DNA of 64,000 bases, taken from contig NW_015162518.1 in NCBI RefSeq assembly GCF_001447785.1, positions 343,455-407,454 of the forward strand, read 5' to 3'. This document shows, piece after piece, positions 62,646 to 64,000 of the stretch. This DNA comes from Gekko japonicus (Eukaryota). Within the stretch, counting starts at the first letter, position 1, and every line of letters starts with the position of its first letter. The notes beneath the pieces are model-generated. The model did not search any database. It was not told where the DNA came from and saw only the letters and a list, made by a program, of their open reading frames with translations. The position numbers and the translations under genes were made by a program.

Positions 62646-62968
62646 ACGTGGTGAGGTAAGATTAGGCTGAGGAAGAGAAGGATTGGTCTACAGTGCCTTG
62701 CCAAACTCCAAGTAGGACCCGAAGTTCTCCCAGATTACAATTTTTTTTCCAGACTACAGAGATCAGTTGCCCAGGAGGAAATGGAAGGTTTAGATGATGA
62801 ACAAAATGACATCATATCCGCTCTAAGCTCCCTACCCAGGCACTGCTCTGTGATCTCCAGGTATTTCCAAAGCCAGAGTTGGCAAACCTATAAGAACACT
62901 TACGTGAGAGTAAGCCCTATGTAATAGGTGTAAGATTCTAAATAGATCTACACTTTGATGTGTACAAA

Positions 62969-63316
62969 CAGGGCTCTTTTTGTAGAAAAACTCATTAGCA
63001 TATTAGGCCACGGCCCTGCCAGCACAGCTCATTAGCACATTAGGACGCACCCCCATGTTACCAGAAGTGTGGTTATCCAGCCACACCCACCTTTTGCTTG
63101 ATATTCTGTTTACCTTGTTTGTTGTCAAAACTCAGGGCTTTTTTTGTAGCAGGAACTCCTTTGCATGTTAGGCCACACACCCCTAATGTAGCCAATCCTA
63201 ATGAATTTCTGCTGTTGGGTGTGGCCTATTATGCTAATGAGTTCCTGCTGGGTGTGGCGAACTTGAGAGCCAGCCGGAACTCCATTCCTGTGCGTTCCTG
63301 CCCAAAAATAGCCCTG
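62969..63316. mobile_element. Composite hAT MITE (CAGGGC TIR) with a second internal left end
   Basis: TIR cagggctcttttt / aaaaatagccctg; perfect TSD tgtacaaa (62961-62968, 63317-63324); internal cagggctttttttgtag near 63133. Confidence 0.92.
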
Positions 63317-64000
63317 TGTACAAATCTTCTAGACATCTTCTAGAAAACTTGCTGACTAGGCAGGAAGGATGAGACAGAGAGAGAGAATCTCAAAAAGAAA
63401 ATAAAAATCTGTTTCCCTAGCAGAATACAAGAGTAGAAAGATAAAATGCAAAGAAATGTTTTTTTTTTTAAAAAAAAAAAACAAGCAGGGGATAACATTG
63501 CAATACAGTAACGATGCAGAGAAATGTTTTTTTTAAAAAAACAAAACAAAAACAACAAGCAAGGGACAACATTGCAATACAGTAACATAGTCCTAGCCAT
63601 GGTACTCTTTGTTGTTGCCCAAATTGGGGAGAAGGAGGAATCTAAGGGGAAATAAGGGGTGAAAGACAAATGTCTTATCGTGAAGAGAAAAGTCTGCAGC
63701 TGTGATCTGGGGCAGAAGATAAGAGAAGCTAGTCTGGGATGAAGGAGAAAAAACACAAAGAGAAGCCAGCTAAGAAGGCAGGGATCCAAGATGAGGGACC
63801 TCAGTGATTAAGCAAAAGGGGCAAAGTTCTGGGAAGCCAGCCAGCTGTGAGGCTGGGGAAAGTAGGCTTTAGTACAGAGCCAGCTAAGAGCTGGAGGGGC
63901 TTGAGGTGCCCCTTTAAAGAGTTCTCTGGAGGATGAGACTGGGAGCAACAGCAGTGTTAGATCAAGAGTGTGGGGTAGGGCTGCCAACCTCCAGGTGTTA

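Overview
This is vertebrate genomic DNA from a gapped draft scaffold with six N-runs. The repeat repertoire (Sauria SINE, Squam3/CORE-type SINE, 5S-derived SINE, BovB, CR1, L2, Penelope) points to a squamate reptile, probably a lizard or gecko (inference). I recognise no host protein-coding exon, intact RNA gene or CRISPR array. Every ORF with a recognisable product is a decayed retroelement fragment (CR1, L2, an RTE/RTE-X-like LINE, BovB, Penelope GIY-YIG). The window looks like a gene desert or very large intron densely filled with LINE fragments, SINEs and hAT or PIF/Harbinger-type MITEs, many with readable TIRs and target-site duplications. Between them lie several repeat-free, homeobox-motif-rich blocks that resemble conserved non-coding enhancers. 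The most interesting observations are: (1) an apparently chimeric SINE family with a tRNA/Sauria head, a CpG-rich body and an L2-type tail, reconstructable from two partial copies; (2) several short Penelope-terminal-repeat palindromes carrying decayed minimal hammerhead-ribozyme motifs; (3) a small palindromic MITE enclosing a 1.1-kb internal LINE fragment; (4) a perfect 177-bp direct repeat flanking a one-sided hAT MITE; (5) a cluster of candidate CNEs. All family assignments come from motif recognition by eye, not database searches.
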